Shown one piece after another: positions 8,508-17,600 of a stretch of DNA of 43,536 nucleotides. The translations under genes and the position numbers were made by a program. Source of the DNA: Patescibacteria group bacterium UBA1400 (GTDB lineage: Bacteria; Patescibacteriota; Microgenomatia; UBA1400); the NCBI GenBank assembly GCA_002305125.1, contig DBQG01000001.1:1-43536 (forward strand), written 5' to 3'. Position 1 is the first letter of the stretch; each line of letters begins with the position of its first letter. The notes below the pieces were generated by a model that saw only the letters and a list, made by a program, of their open reading frames with translations, was not told the DNA's origin and did not search any database.

Positions 8508-10472
8508 ATGAACTTTATTTCCAATCTTTTACCAACTAAAAAACAAAAACCTTCTACTCAAAAAGAAGAAAAAGTCCTCAAAAATAATGATAAAACCGAG
8601 GTTTCCGGCAATTCTACCGAAGCTAAGGCAGCAATTGAGAGCTTAACAAATGGCCTTACTTCTATTAAAGATGTAATTGCTCCCCCTTCTTTAGAGGTTG
8701 ATTTTTCCCATATTAAAATTAATCAAACCTATTATCGTACTCTATTTGTGGCCGGTTTTCCCCGTTTTGTTAATGCTAACTGGCTGGCCCCACTAATTAA
8801 TTTTGATCATCCTTTAAATATTTCTATGTTTATTTACCCTGTTGAAGTTAAAGAAATTTTAGATGATTTAAAAAGAAAGATTGGAGAAATGGAGGCCGAG
8901 GTTCAAACCGACATTCAAAAAGGTAAAATTATAAATATCGATACTCAGGTTAAACTGGAAGATGCTCATGATCTTCAAAAACAGTTGGCCAAAGGAGCGG
9001 AAAGGTTTTTTCAGTTCGGCCTTTACATTACCATCGCTTCAAGGTCAGAAAAGGAACTTAACAGAATTAGCCAACAAGTACAGTCGGCCCTGGGTTCTGT
9101 TATGATTGTTTCTAAAGTTGCTTCTCTTCAAATGGAAGATGCTTTTAAAACCACTCTTCCCACTTGTACAGATAAACTTATGATTACAAGAAATATGGAT
9201 ACCACCAGCCTTGCCACTACTTTTCCCTTTACTTCCTCAGAATTAACCTCCAATGAAGGAATTTTATACGGGATTAATGAACATAATGACTCTCTGGTTA
9301 TTTTTGATCGCTTCTCTCTTGAAAATGCCAACTCTTTAATTTTAGCCAAAAGCGGTTCGGGAAAAAGCTATTTGGTTAAGCTGGAAATTCTGCGCTCTTT
9401 AATGTTTGACACCGAAGTTATTATTCTTGACCCCGAAGGAGAATATAAAACTCTGTGCGAAACTGTCGGTGGTTCTTATATTGATTTTTCTTTTGATTCC
9501 AGCTCTAAAATAAATCCTTTTGATCTGGCTGCCCGACAAGAAGAGGGCGAAAATGAATTAGGTTTAAAAATACTGTCTCTTCATTCTCTTTTTAAAATTA
9601 TTATGGGAAATCTTACCCCTACCCAAGAAGCAATGTTAGATAGGGCTCTTGTTTTAGCCTACAAACAGAAAGGGATTACTGTTGACCCCAACTCTCAAAC
9701 AAAAGAACCTCCCTTAATGGAAGACTTATATAAAGTATTAATTGGTATGGAGCAAAAAGATGCTTTAGAAATGGCCTCAAGGCTGGAAAAGTTTATAAAG
9801 GGTTCTCTGCGTGGTGTTTTTGACCAATATTCTACCGTTGATATTAAAAACCCCTTTACTGTTTTTTGCATTAAAGAGCTTGAAGACGAACTAAGGCCTA
9901 TTGCTATGTTTATTATTCTTGACTTTATTTGGACTAAGGTTAAAAAAGAATTAAAAAGAAGAATTCTTGTTGTTGATGAGGCGTGGTACTTAATGAAACA
10001 TCAGGATTCTGCTACTTTTCTTTATGGAATTGCTAAAAGGGCCAGAAAATATTATCTTGGTCTAACCACCATTACTCAAGACGTTGAAGATTTTTTAAAT
10101 AGTGATCATGGCAAGGCCATTGTTACCAATAGCTCTTTACAAATTTTAATGAAACAATCTCCTGCTGCTATTGAAACGGTGGGAAAGGTTTTTTATTTAT
10201 CTCAGGGTGAAAAAAATCTACTTTTATCTGCTGAGGTTGGTAGGGGCTTATTTTTTGCCGGTAACAACCATGTGGCTATTAGGGCTGTTTCTTCCGAGGA
10301 TGAACATAAATTAATTACCTCAAAACCTCAGGACATCCTTGCTCAACAAAAAGAGGTTGACATTCAGGCTTCAATTAAAAAAGAGCTTGAAGATAATCTT
10401 TCTCAACAATCTTCCAACCCTCAAGAGACTTTAGAAATGATTCAAAAACAAGAGCAGACTTCTAAAACCTAA
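8508..10472 (+). CDS. VirB4/TrbE/CagE-family type IV secretion ATPase
   Basis: Walker A ILAKSGSGKSYLVK, Walker B RILVVDEAWYLM, and the N-terminal YYRTLFVAGFPRFVNANWLAPLI...ISMFIYP motif typical of the VirB4 N-domain. Sits directly downstream of a PrgI-like gene. Confidence 0.9.
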   Translation: MNFISNLLPTKKQKPSTQKEEKVLKNNDKTEVSGNSTEAKAAIESLTNGLTSIKDVIAPPSLEVDFSHIKINQTYYRTLFVAGFPRFVNANWLAPLINFDHPLNISMFIYPVEVKEILDDLKRKIGEMEAEVQTDIQKGKIINIDTQVKLEDAHDLQKQLAKGAERFFQFGLYITIASRSEKELNRISQQVQSALGSVMIVSKVASLQMEDAFKTTLPTCTDKLMITRNMDTTSLATTFPFTSSELTSNEGILYGINEHNDSLVIFDRFSLENANSLILAKSGSGKSYLVKLEILRSLMFDTEVIILDPEGEYKTLCETVGGSYIDFSFDSSSKINPFDLAARQEEGENELGLKILSLHSLFKIIMGNLTPTQEAMLDRALVLAYKQKGITVDPNSQTKEPPLMEDLYKVLIGMEQKDALEMASRLEKFIKGSLRGVFDQYSTVDIKNPFTVFCIKELEDELRPIAMFIILDFIWTKVKKELKRRILVVDEAWYLMKHQDSATFLYGIAKRARKYYLGLTTITQDVEDFLNSDHGKAIVTNSSLQILMKQSPAAIETVGKVFYLSQGEKNLLLSAEVGRGLFFAGNNHVAIRAVSSEDEHKLITSKPQDILAQQKEVDIQASIKKELEDNLSQQSSNPQETLEMIQKQEQTSKT

Positions 10473-10486
10473 AATCTAAATTATTA

Positions 10487-11602
10487 CTATTCTTTTATTC
10501 TTACTGGCATAATAATGTGAAGAAAAGAATTTTTTCCTGCTGGTTTAAAAACCCCCGGTTTAAGGGGCCCTGACAACTCTATTTGAATTTCTTTGGAATC
10601 AAGAATCCCTAAATACTCTTGTAAGAATCTATAATTAAAGGCTATCTCACAATTTTCCCCCTCTTTTTTAATCTCTAGGCTTGTTTTATTTTCTCCAACC
10701 TCAGGGGCATCTGCTTCAATTTCCAGTTTATTTTCAATAATTTTAAATTTAACAATGTTGGCACTGTCTTTGGCTAAAATAGAGGCTGTCTTAACTGCTT
10801 GTTGTAACTCTTCCCTATCCAAAACAATCTTTGTTTCACAATCTTGAGGAATAATTTTTTCAAAGTCAGGATACTCTCCCTCTAAAAGTCTTGTTATAAT
10901 TTCTGCCCCCTTAACCGCAAAAATTATTTGATTGTCGTCTTTTACCATTTCAATTTCTTCTTTTTCTTCCCCCTGTAAATAAACCCTCACCAATTCCATT
11001 AGGGCTAAGGCGGGAATTATTAGCTTCTCATCTTTTTGTTTGGTCTTTAGGTTAATTGTTTTTAAACTCAATCTATAGCCATCAGTAGATGCCAACCCTA
11101 TACTTTCTCCAAAATTCATTTTAACCCCAGTTAAAATAGGCCGTGATTCGTCCTGTGAGGCTGTAAAAGCCACCTGCTCTATGGCTTTTATTAATTTTTT
11201 AGCTTCAAGGCTTACTTTTTCAAATCCCTCTTTTAGTGTTTCAATGCTGGGAACTGCAGGATATTCTGTGGCAGAAATTCCATTAAAAGAGGCCTTATAA
11301 TTTCTACAGGAAACACTTAACTTATCTTTATTAAGCTCAAATAAAACCTTGTCTGCGGGAAGAGAGGAAATAAAATCCACAATTATTCTGGCGGGAATGG
11401 TTATTTTTCCTTCTTGTTCAACTTTTGCCGGCAATCTTAAATTTATTCCCGTTTCAAGATTGGTTGCTGATAATTTTAAACTTCCTTTTTCTGCAGAAAA
11501 TAAAATATTTTCTAAAATAGGAAGCTGGGGTTTTGATTTAACAAACTTTCCTACAATAGAAAGCCCTTTGTTTAAATTTTCCTGTAAAATTGTTAATTTC
11601 AT
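10487..11602 (-). CDS. dnaN: DNA polymerase III beta sliding clamp
   Basis: 371 aa, MKLTILQENLNKGLSIVGKFV..., three-domain clamp length, directly downstream of dnaA. Confidence 0.95.
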   Translation of the reverse strand: MKLTILQENLNKGLSIVGKFVKSKPQLPILENILFSAEKGSLKLSATNLETGINLRLPAKVEQEGKITIPARIIVDFISSLPADKVLFELNKDKLSVSCRNYKASFNGISATEYPAVPSIETLKEGFEKVSLEAKKLIKAIEQVAFTASQDESRPILTGVKMNFGESIGLASTDGYRLSLKTINLKTKQKDEKLIIPALALMELVRVYLQGEEKEEIEMVKDDNQIIFAVKGAEIITRLLEGEYPDFEKIIPQDCETKIVLDREELQQAVKTASILAKDSANIVKFKIIENKLEIEADAPEVGENKTSLEIKKEGENCEIAFNYRFLQEYLGILDSKEIQIELSGPLKPGVFKPAGKNSFLHIIMPVRIKE

Positions 11603-11847
11603 TTGGTTATAAAAAGTATTTTAAACCCTTTTTTATTCTAGCTTCTATTTTGTTTTTATTCAATTATTAAATTAGTAGTATTAGTAGGGGGTGTTTAAAA
11701 GTGGAAAAATGTCTTATTGAGACGTTGTAAAACGCTGTGGAAAACTTGTTTTGTTTTGTGGAAAAGTTTATAAAAAGTTTATAGTTTTCAACTTTTCCCC
11801 AAACAATAAACAATTTCTCTAAAAGTTTTCCACCTACTTTTCCCCAA
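11603..11847. promoter_or_regulatory. oriC-like DnaA-box cluster plus AT-rich stretch in the dnaA-dnaN spacer
   Basis: DnaA-box variants of TTATCCACA: AGTGGAAAA 11700-11708, TGTGGAAAA 11736-11744, TGTGGAAAA 11757-11765 (reverse complement TTTTCCACA), and TTTTCCACC 11826-11834. A degenerate 12-mer ACTTTTCCCCAA is repeated at 11791-11802 and 11836-11847. An AT-rich run lies at 11610-11690. Confidence 0.6.
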
Positions 11848-13239
11848 CTATTCTTCCCCATATATTCTTTTTTTTAGGGCCTCAATATCAAACCTTAAAG
11901 ACTCAGAGGTGATGCTGTTTTTGCTTATTTTTTCAATAGAGTGCATAACCGTAGTATGATCTCTTCCTCCAAAAATTTCTCCTACCCTCATTAAGGGAAA
12001 ATCAAGCTCGGTTTTAAGCAAATACATGGCAACCTGTCGGGGAAAAACAATCTCCTTATTTCTTTTAGGGCCCTTGATTTGATTAAGTTTAATATTAAAA
12101 TAAGAGCAAACAGCCTCAAGAACCTCTTTAGATTTAACATTTTTTTTAGTTTTAGGTTTTTTGTCAGAAACTTTACCCAAAAGCTTTTGTGCCATTTCTG
12201 GAGTAATGGGTTGGTTGGTTGCGTCTCCTTCGGTAATAATTCTAATTAAAAAACCCTCAAGCTTTCTGGTACTTTCTATATTAGAGGCAATAAGCTGGGC
12301 AACGTCCATAGGGAGAGGTCTTCCCCACTGTCTTGACTTAATAAGTAAAATAGCTGTTCTTAGTTCAAAGTTGGGTTGTTGAATGTCTATGGTTAAACCC
12401 CCCTCAAATCTTGATCTTAACCGGTCTTCTAAACCAACAATTTGGTCAGGAAGCTTGTCGCTGGTTAAAACAATGTGTCCTCCGGCCCGGTGAATTGTGT
12501 TAAAGGTGTGGAAAAATTCTTCCTGAACAGTATTTTTACCACCAATAAACTGAACATCATCAATTAATAAGAGCTTGGCCGAACGGTATTTTTCTCTAAA
12601 AGAAGAAGTGGACTTGGTGCGGATGGCATTAATAATTTCGTTGGTAAACTCTTCGGCAGAGGAATAAACAATTAAAGCCCGAGGGTTTTGATTTATGAGT
12701 TGATGACCAATAGCCTGCATTAAATGGGTTTTTCCCACCCCTACCCCTCCATATAAAAAAAGAAGGTGATAGGATTTGCCGGAGTTTTTAATAACAGACC
12801 TGGCCGCAGCATAAGCAACCTCGTTTGAAGAAGAAACGGCAAAATTTTCAAAAGTAAAGTCAGGCCTAAGACCGGTAAATCTAATAGCTTTTTTAATGGA
12901 TCTTTTGTTTTCTTTTTCATAATTTAAAGACAAAAGGGGAGTTTCAGATTTTTTAGTAGATCCTTTGCCATTTAAAAAATCAGGTTTAACGGTAAATTTA
13001 AGTTCATTTTTAAGCTTGGTTAGGTTATCTAAAATTTCTTTTACTTGTCCCAGATATCTTTCTTCAATTGTATTTTTAGCAAAAGGATTTGCTACAGCCA
13101 CCTCTATAATTTGTCTTTTTTCAGAAACCTTTTTAGTGGTTAAAATTTTAGTGTTGGCAAACCATGAAGAAAAAATTGGTTTAGAAAGATTAAGTTGAAG
13201 TTCTGTTAAGGTTGATTGCCAAAGATCTTTATTATTCAT
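11848..13239 (-). CDS. dnaA: chromosomal replication initiator protein DnaA
   Basis: 463 aa. AAA+ Walker A GGVGVGKTHL, Walker B LLLIDDVQF, and C-terminal DNA-binding helix region ...FGGRDHTTVMHSIEKI. Confidence 0.97.
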   Translation of the reverse strand: MNNKDLWQSTLTELQLNLSKPIFSSWFANTKILTTKKVSEKRQIIEVAVANPFAKNTIEERYLGQVKEILDNLTKLKNELKFTVKPDFLNGKGSTKKSETPLLSLNYEKENKRSIKKAIRFTGLRPDFTFENFAVSSSNEVAYAAARSVIKNSGKSYHLLFLYGGVGVGKTHLMQAIGHQLINQNPRALIVYSSAEEFTNEIINAIRTKSTSSFREKYRSAKLLLIDDVQFIGGKNTVQEEFFHTFNTIHRAGGHIVLTSDKLPDQIVGLEDRLRSRFEGGLTIDIQQPNFELRTAILLIKSRQWGRPLPMDVAQLIASNIESTRKLEGFLIRIITEGDATNQPITPEMAQKLLGKVSDKKPKTKKNVKSKEVLEAVCSYFNIKLNQIKGPKRNKEIVFPRQVAMYLLKTELDFPLMRVGEIFGGRDHTTVMHSIEKISKNSITSESLRFDIEALKKRIYGEE

Positions 13240-13373
13240 AATTCTTTTTAAACAATTAAAAATTGAGGGCAGAGGGTTTTTTAACGCAAGGAAAGCCTTT
13301 TGTTTAACATCTTATTTTTAATAAGTTTTCCACAATTTGTCAACCACAACTTACTATATCAAGTTTAAAAAAA
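13240..13373 (-). promoter_or_regulatory. dnaA upstream region with DnaA box(es)
   Basis: TTTTCCACA at 13326-13334 and the weaker TCAACCACA at 13340-13348, in the 134-nt spacer between the 383-aa gene stop and the dnaA start. Confidence 0.45.
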
Positions 13374-14525
13374 TTAACGGGGAGTCTCTGCGGCCACCTC
13401 ACCAACCTTGGCAGTAGCATCAAAGGCAAAAAACAAGGCCATCAGTAGTTTTGTAAAACCATCACCTCCTTTTTTGCCGAGTTTTAAAATATCTTTCCAG
13501 CTCTTTTTATCTTTGGTTAAACCTAGAGATTTTAAAACCTCATTTTGTACTTCTTCTAAGCTTGCTTCGTCAGACACTCTAATTCCGTGTTGGGATAAGG
13601 CCCTTTTGGCCAAAAGAAGAGCTTTTTGATGTTCTTGAGAAGACAGGGATTCTTGTATTTGCCTAAGCCTCTCTTTTATTTCTTCAGTGTCTAGACCCTC
13701 TTCTTCTTGAGCTTGTTTAAAAAGTGCCTCAAAAGCTTCTTCTTCTCCCTTTTTAATTCCTAAAATATCATGAAGATAAGATCTTTCAGTTGTTACAGCT
13801 TCAGGGGAAGCTGTTGCGGCAGGGGGTTTTTCTTGAGAAGAGCGGACTTCCGGCGGTTTGGTTTTAAAAGAATAAGTCGGTGAAAGTTGCTTTTCCGCCC
13901 TAGAAAGAACAGCCGCTTGTTCTCCGGGGGATAGCTCAGTAAAGTTTTTCGAACTTAAATCATCAGCCTGGGCAGCTATTGTCTGAGCCTCCTGGACAAG
14001 CCTGTTTTCAAAAGTATTATAATCAATAGTTTCTCCTCCCAACTCAACCTGTAAACTATTTTTTAATTTTTTTAAAGCCTCTGTAGCCCTCATTTTTAAG
14101 ACAGGATCTTGGGTTTGATCAGCAACTTCTGTTAAGGCAAAAACATAATCTCCTAAATAAATTGTGCCCGGATGTTGGCCATCAGCCTCGTCAATCCAGC
14201 AAAACTCAACAGCCCCACTTTGATCACCTGCAGCCCTAACATCAGCACCTTCTCTTCCCTGTTTTTTTTGTTCTGCTGCCGTTATTGCTCCGGCTACCCG
14301 GTGAGCCTGCTCTACTAATGGTTCTAAATGAGTTCTAGGAATATTTTGAAAGCGTTCTTGTCCTTGAATATCTCCCAATCTTGAGAAAAGGCCAACTTTT
14401 CCGGTGGGGTTTTCTGGTGATAAAATTGCTGGAACTAAAACCCCTTCCACAGCACTATCAAAAGTACTAACTACTTGTTCTCTGGGAAGAAGTTCTGTCT
14501 GGGGAGGTTTTTGTTCTTCGGACAT
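13374..14525 (-). CDS. 383-aa hypothetical protein with C-terminal hydrophobic tail (orphan cassette gene 1)
   Basis: Track ORF 13374..14747 trimmed to ATG 14525 (MSEEQKPPQTELLPREQ...). The upstream 74 codons are antisense to the start of the 1250-aa gene and look non-coding. E/Q/A-rich, ending ...GFTKLLMALFFAFDATAKVGEVAAETPR. No SD is visible upstream. Confidence 0.6.
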   Translation of the reverse strand: MSEEQKPPQTELLPREQVVSTFDSAVEGVLVPAILSPENPTGKVGLFSRLGDIQGQERFQNIPRTHLEPLVEQAHRVAGAITAAEQKKQGREGADVRAAGDQSGAVEFCWIDEADGQHPGTIYLGDYVFALTEVADQTQDPVLKMRATEALKKLKNSLQVELGGETIDYNTFENRLVQEAQTIAAQADDLSSKNFTELSPGEQAAVLSRAEKQLSPTYSFKTKPPEVRSSQEKPPAATASPEAVTTERSYLHDILGIKKGEEEAFEALFKQAQEEEGLDTEEIKERLRQIQESLSSQEHQKALLLAKRALSQHGIRVSDEASLEEVQNEVLKSLGLTKDKKSWKDILKLGKKGGDGFTKLLMALFFAFDATAKVGEVAAETPR

Positions 14526-14556
14526 TTGATTTAATACTAACTTTTTTTTACTTCTA

Positions 14557-14586
14557 TTGCAAGCAATCTTGTTTATATGATATTCT
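14557..14586 (+). promoter_or_regulatory. candidate sigma70-type promoter for the 1250-aa gene
   Basis: TTGCAA at 14557-14562, an 18-nt spacer, and TATTCT at 14581-14586, followed by the SD AAGAGGA and ATG 14604. Lies in the 78-bp divergent spacer 14526-14603. Confidence 0.3.
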
Positions 14587-14603
14587 GATTTTAAGAGGAA
14601 AAA

Positions 14604-17600
14604 ATGACTGAAACCAGAACAGTAAATCCTTTGACAGTTGCAACTTTTCCCCCAGAAGGAGCCCCTATTGTAAATGAGGGGAATGCTGCTAGTGCCGTTG
14701 TTCACCAATTGAGAAGCGAGGCGGAACAGAGAAGACAGGCATCTCAAAGAGAAGCAGGACCCAGAAGTTTAAAACAAAGATATGAAGAACAAAAGCCTAG
14801 AGAAGAAGGGGTAGCAGCAATTGCCAATAAAGAACAATGCATTCCTGGTAGAAAGTTTAAAAGTCTTGAATTTTTAACCTCAGGGGAAGGAGAGTTTGAG
14901 CTTAGTAAAGAACAGGACAAAAGGCTTTATGATGAGGTAGATAGAGTTTATAGGAACATTCAGCGTCTTTCTCAGGATGATCCGGTGGTAAGAAGATTAA
15001 GACAGGTTTTTGAAAAACAATTTCCGGCACTTAGAGGAAGAGCAGAATTTGTTAAAGGGTTAAGAATTCAAAGAAATGAAAGAATTTTTCATACAGAAGA
15101 AGAGCTAATTACAGCCTTAGTAACCTTAGAACAGCATCAACATTTAGTAGCAGCCTCTTTGGCTTGTGAAATTTCTAACAACGGACAAAGAACAGTTGAG
15201 ATTAATGTTCCTTCCAACACAGAAATAGAAGCAATTATTAGAGACAAAATTCCTAACATTGCAGAAACATCGCTTGGAATTGTGGTGGAATCCTTGAAAG
15301 TGGGAGATTTTGCCGGAGCTTATGCGGCTATTGGAGCTTTAGTAGGATCAGGAGGGGTAGTAGCTACAGAAATTATCAGTAATTTTGTTGGGGCTGCCGG
15401 AGCCGGTGGGCCGGATGTAGCGGTGGCAGCAGCTCTTGCAGGATTGGCAGGAGCAGGTATTGGTTTGGCTATGAAAACTGAGTTTATTGTGGGTCGGAAA
15501 GCGGAAAAAAGCAAGTTAAGAATCAGCTTGCCTAAGTCCGATGCTAGGGTGGTAACAGAATATGGAGCAAACCTTGGAATTTTAAATAAAACTCCTGAAG
15601 AAATTTTAGCAATCATAGAAAGAACTGAAAGAGTTAGGCATGAAGTATGGGCAAGAGCGGGCGTAAATCTAGAATCTTTAGAACAAAGAGCAGCTTTAAA
15701 CCTGGATACTCTCGCCCTTGATCCTACTAAAACAGAAATTACCCAGGGTAAGGGAGATATTATTTATGTTAACAGAAGACAAGAGCATCTTTATAGGCTA
15801 CTGGGAAATGGAGAAAGATCTTTGGCAGACCTAACTGCAGCAGAACAGTTAATGTTTAAACTTGATGCTTCCACGGCTGCTTTATTTCAGGAAAATGGTC
15901 AGATAGCCAGGCAGATAGCAGACGAAGCTGAAGCAAAAAGTACAACGGAAAGACTAAGCGAAGCAGGACAAATAGACAAGTTGGCCTCAGAATATGAGCA
16001 GGGTAAAAGAGGGCTTCAGGTGGTTGATAAGGCTGAGGTTAAAGCTAAGCAGGAAGAGCTGGCAGAGGCAACAGAAAAAGTTTCTCAAATAACAGAACTT
16101 CAGGAAGAACTTCAGGAAGTTGTTGATAAGCTGGCCCCGCTTCAACAAAAGATTGAAACAGCCAAGGCTGCAAGACAGGTTTTAACCCAACACCATGAAA
16201 CAGATTTAGGAACAGGAGAAACAGAAATTCAGCAGCTAGGTAGAGAAATAGGAGAGTTGGAAGATCAGATTATAGGAACAACGGGAATAGATGTTAGTCT
16301 GGCAGATATTAGAAGGAACATAAGAATAAAACAGGCAGAGATGATGAGATTAAAAAGAGAAATAGAAACATTAAAAGAAGAGCAAAGAGGAATTTCTGTC
16401 AAAATTACCAATCCAACAACCGGCGTCAAATATACAGCAGATGAAGTTAAAAATGAGCATGCAAGAATAAGGGGAGAGGTTTCTCTTAAACAGCAAGAGC
16501 ATGATAATTTTAAGACAGAGATAGAAGAGGACGAAGGTGATAAGGAGGCTTTAGAGGAAAGAAAAAAGTTTTTGACTAAAGAAAGACAGGATAGAAAAGA
16601 TAAATTAGACAGAATAAGAGCAGACATTCGTGCAGCTGACACTTTAGTAGCAGAGGCGGAGGCAGAGGGAAATGTAGCTAATTTAAAAGTTCTTGAAACA
16701 GAAAGAGATAGGATTTTAGCTGAGCTGGCTTTAGTAGTTAATCCGGCTGCTCCACCAACTTTAAGCGTTGAAGAAGTTCCTGGTCAAATTAATTTGGCTC
16801 AAAAAGAGCAGGCAAGATTGCAAAAGGAAGCAGAAAAGTTACAGTTGCAGCTTGAAAGATTTGAGGCAGGTCAGGGTAGGGCCAGCCCTCAAGACTTACA
16901 AACAGCTAAAATTTTAAGAAGATCAGCCGAACTGGTAAGACCCGTGAGTCGTGAAGGGAGAGAAGGAAGATTTAATGAAATAAGCGGGGAGCTGGTTTTA
17001 AATGATGAACTAAGAGTGAAGTTAGCTGATCCAAACCTTGGTTATAATGAATGGTTGATGTTAATGTTTGGACCTGATGCTATTGCTCCAGACGAGATGA
17101 GAGTTAATCGTCAGGTGGTTTCCAAAGCAGACATGGTGATGGCTGCCGTTGATGTATGGCGGCTTGATGATGGTTATTTTGGAAGGAATCAGGAAGGAGA
17201 GTTTTTCTTAACAGCAGTAAGAGGAAAGATAAACAGAATTGCTTCTTTGCAAGATCAGATTGCTGAAAGGGAAAGATATCAGAATCCGGGTTGGCAGGCA
17301 GAGATAGAAGCACTTCGAGGACAAATAAAGGCTTTGCGTCAGGAAAACAATCAAGAGTTGGCAGCTTTGTATGATCGTGCAGCTCATTTTTTTAACAGCG
17401 ATCCTTTTAAGGTGAGGGAGTTTTATGCAGAATTGGCAGGAAGGGTAGCTAAAAAAGCCTTAAGAGGAGGAGAGGGAGAAACTTACGAAAGAGCTCAGGT
17501 TAGAATGGGCATTAGAAAAGAATCGAGACAACAAGTAGAAAGTAGGGAGGGTTATGGAGTTTTAGTTTATGAAGGTCCGCGCCAAGTTGAAGGAACTGAA

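Noticed and set aside
11667-11861. 64-aa minus-strand ORF in the dnaA-dnaN spacer
   Set aside because: It lies entirely within the DnaA-box cluster and AT-rich spacer, has an implausible composition and has no SD. The repeated TGTGGAAAA motifs are better explained as origin or regulatory DNA.
13374-14747. Full 457-aa version of the minus-strand ORF, and the similar 5' extensions of track ORFs 1905..2765, 1643..2161, 6650.., 21831.., 29616.. and 32503..
   Set aside because: The extensions overlap neighbouring genes or promoters and have non-protein-like composition. Internal ATGs give N-termini that match the known family starts or create typical 4-17 nt overlaps.
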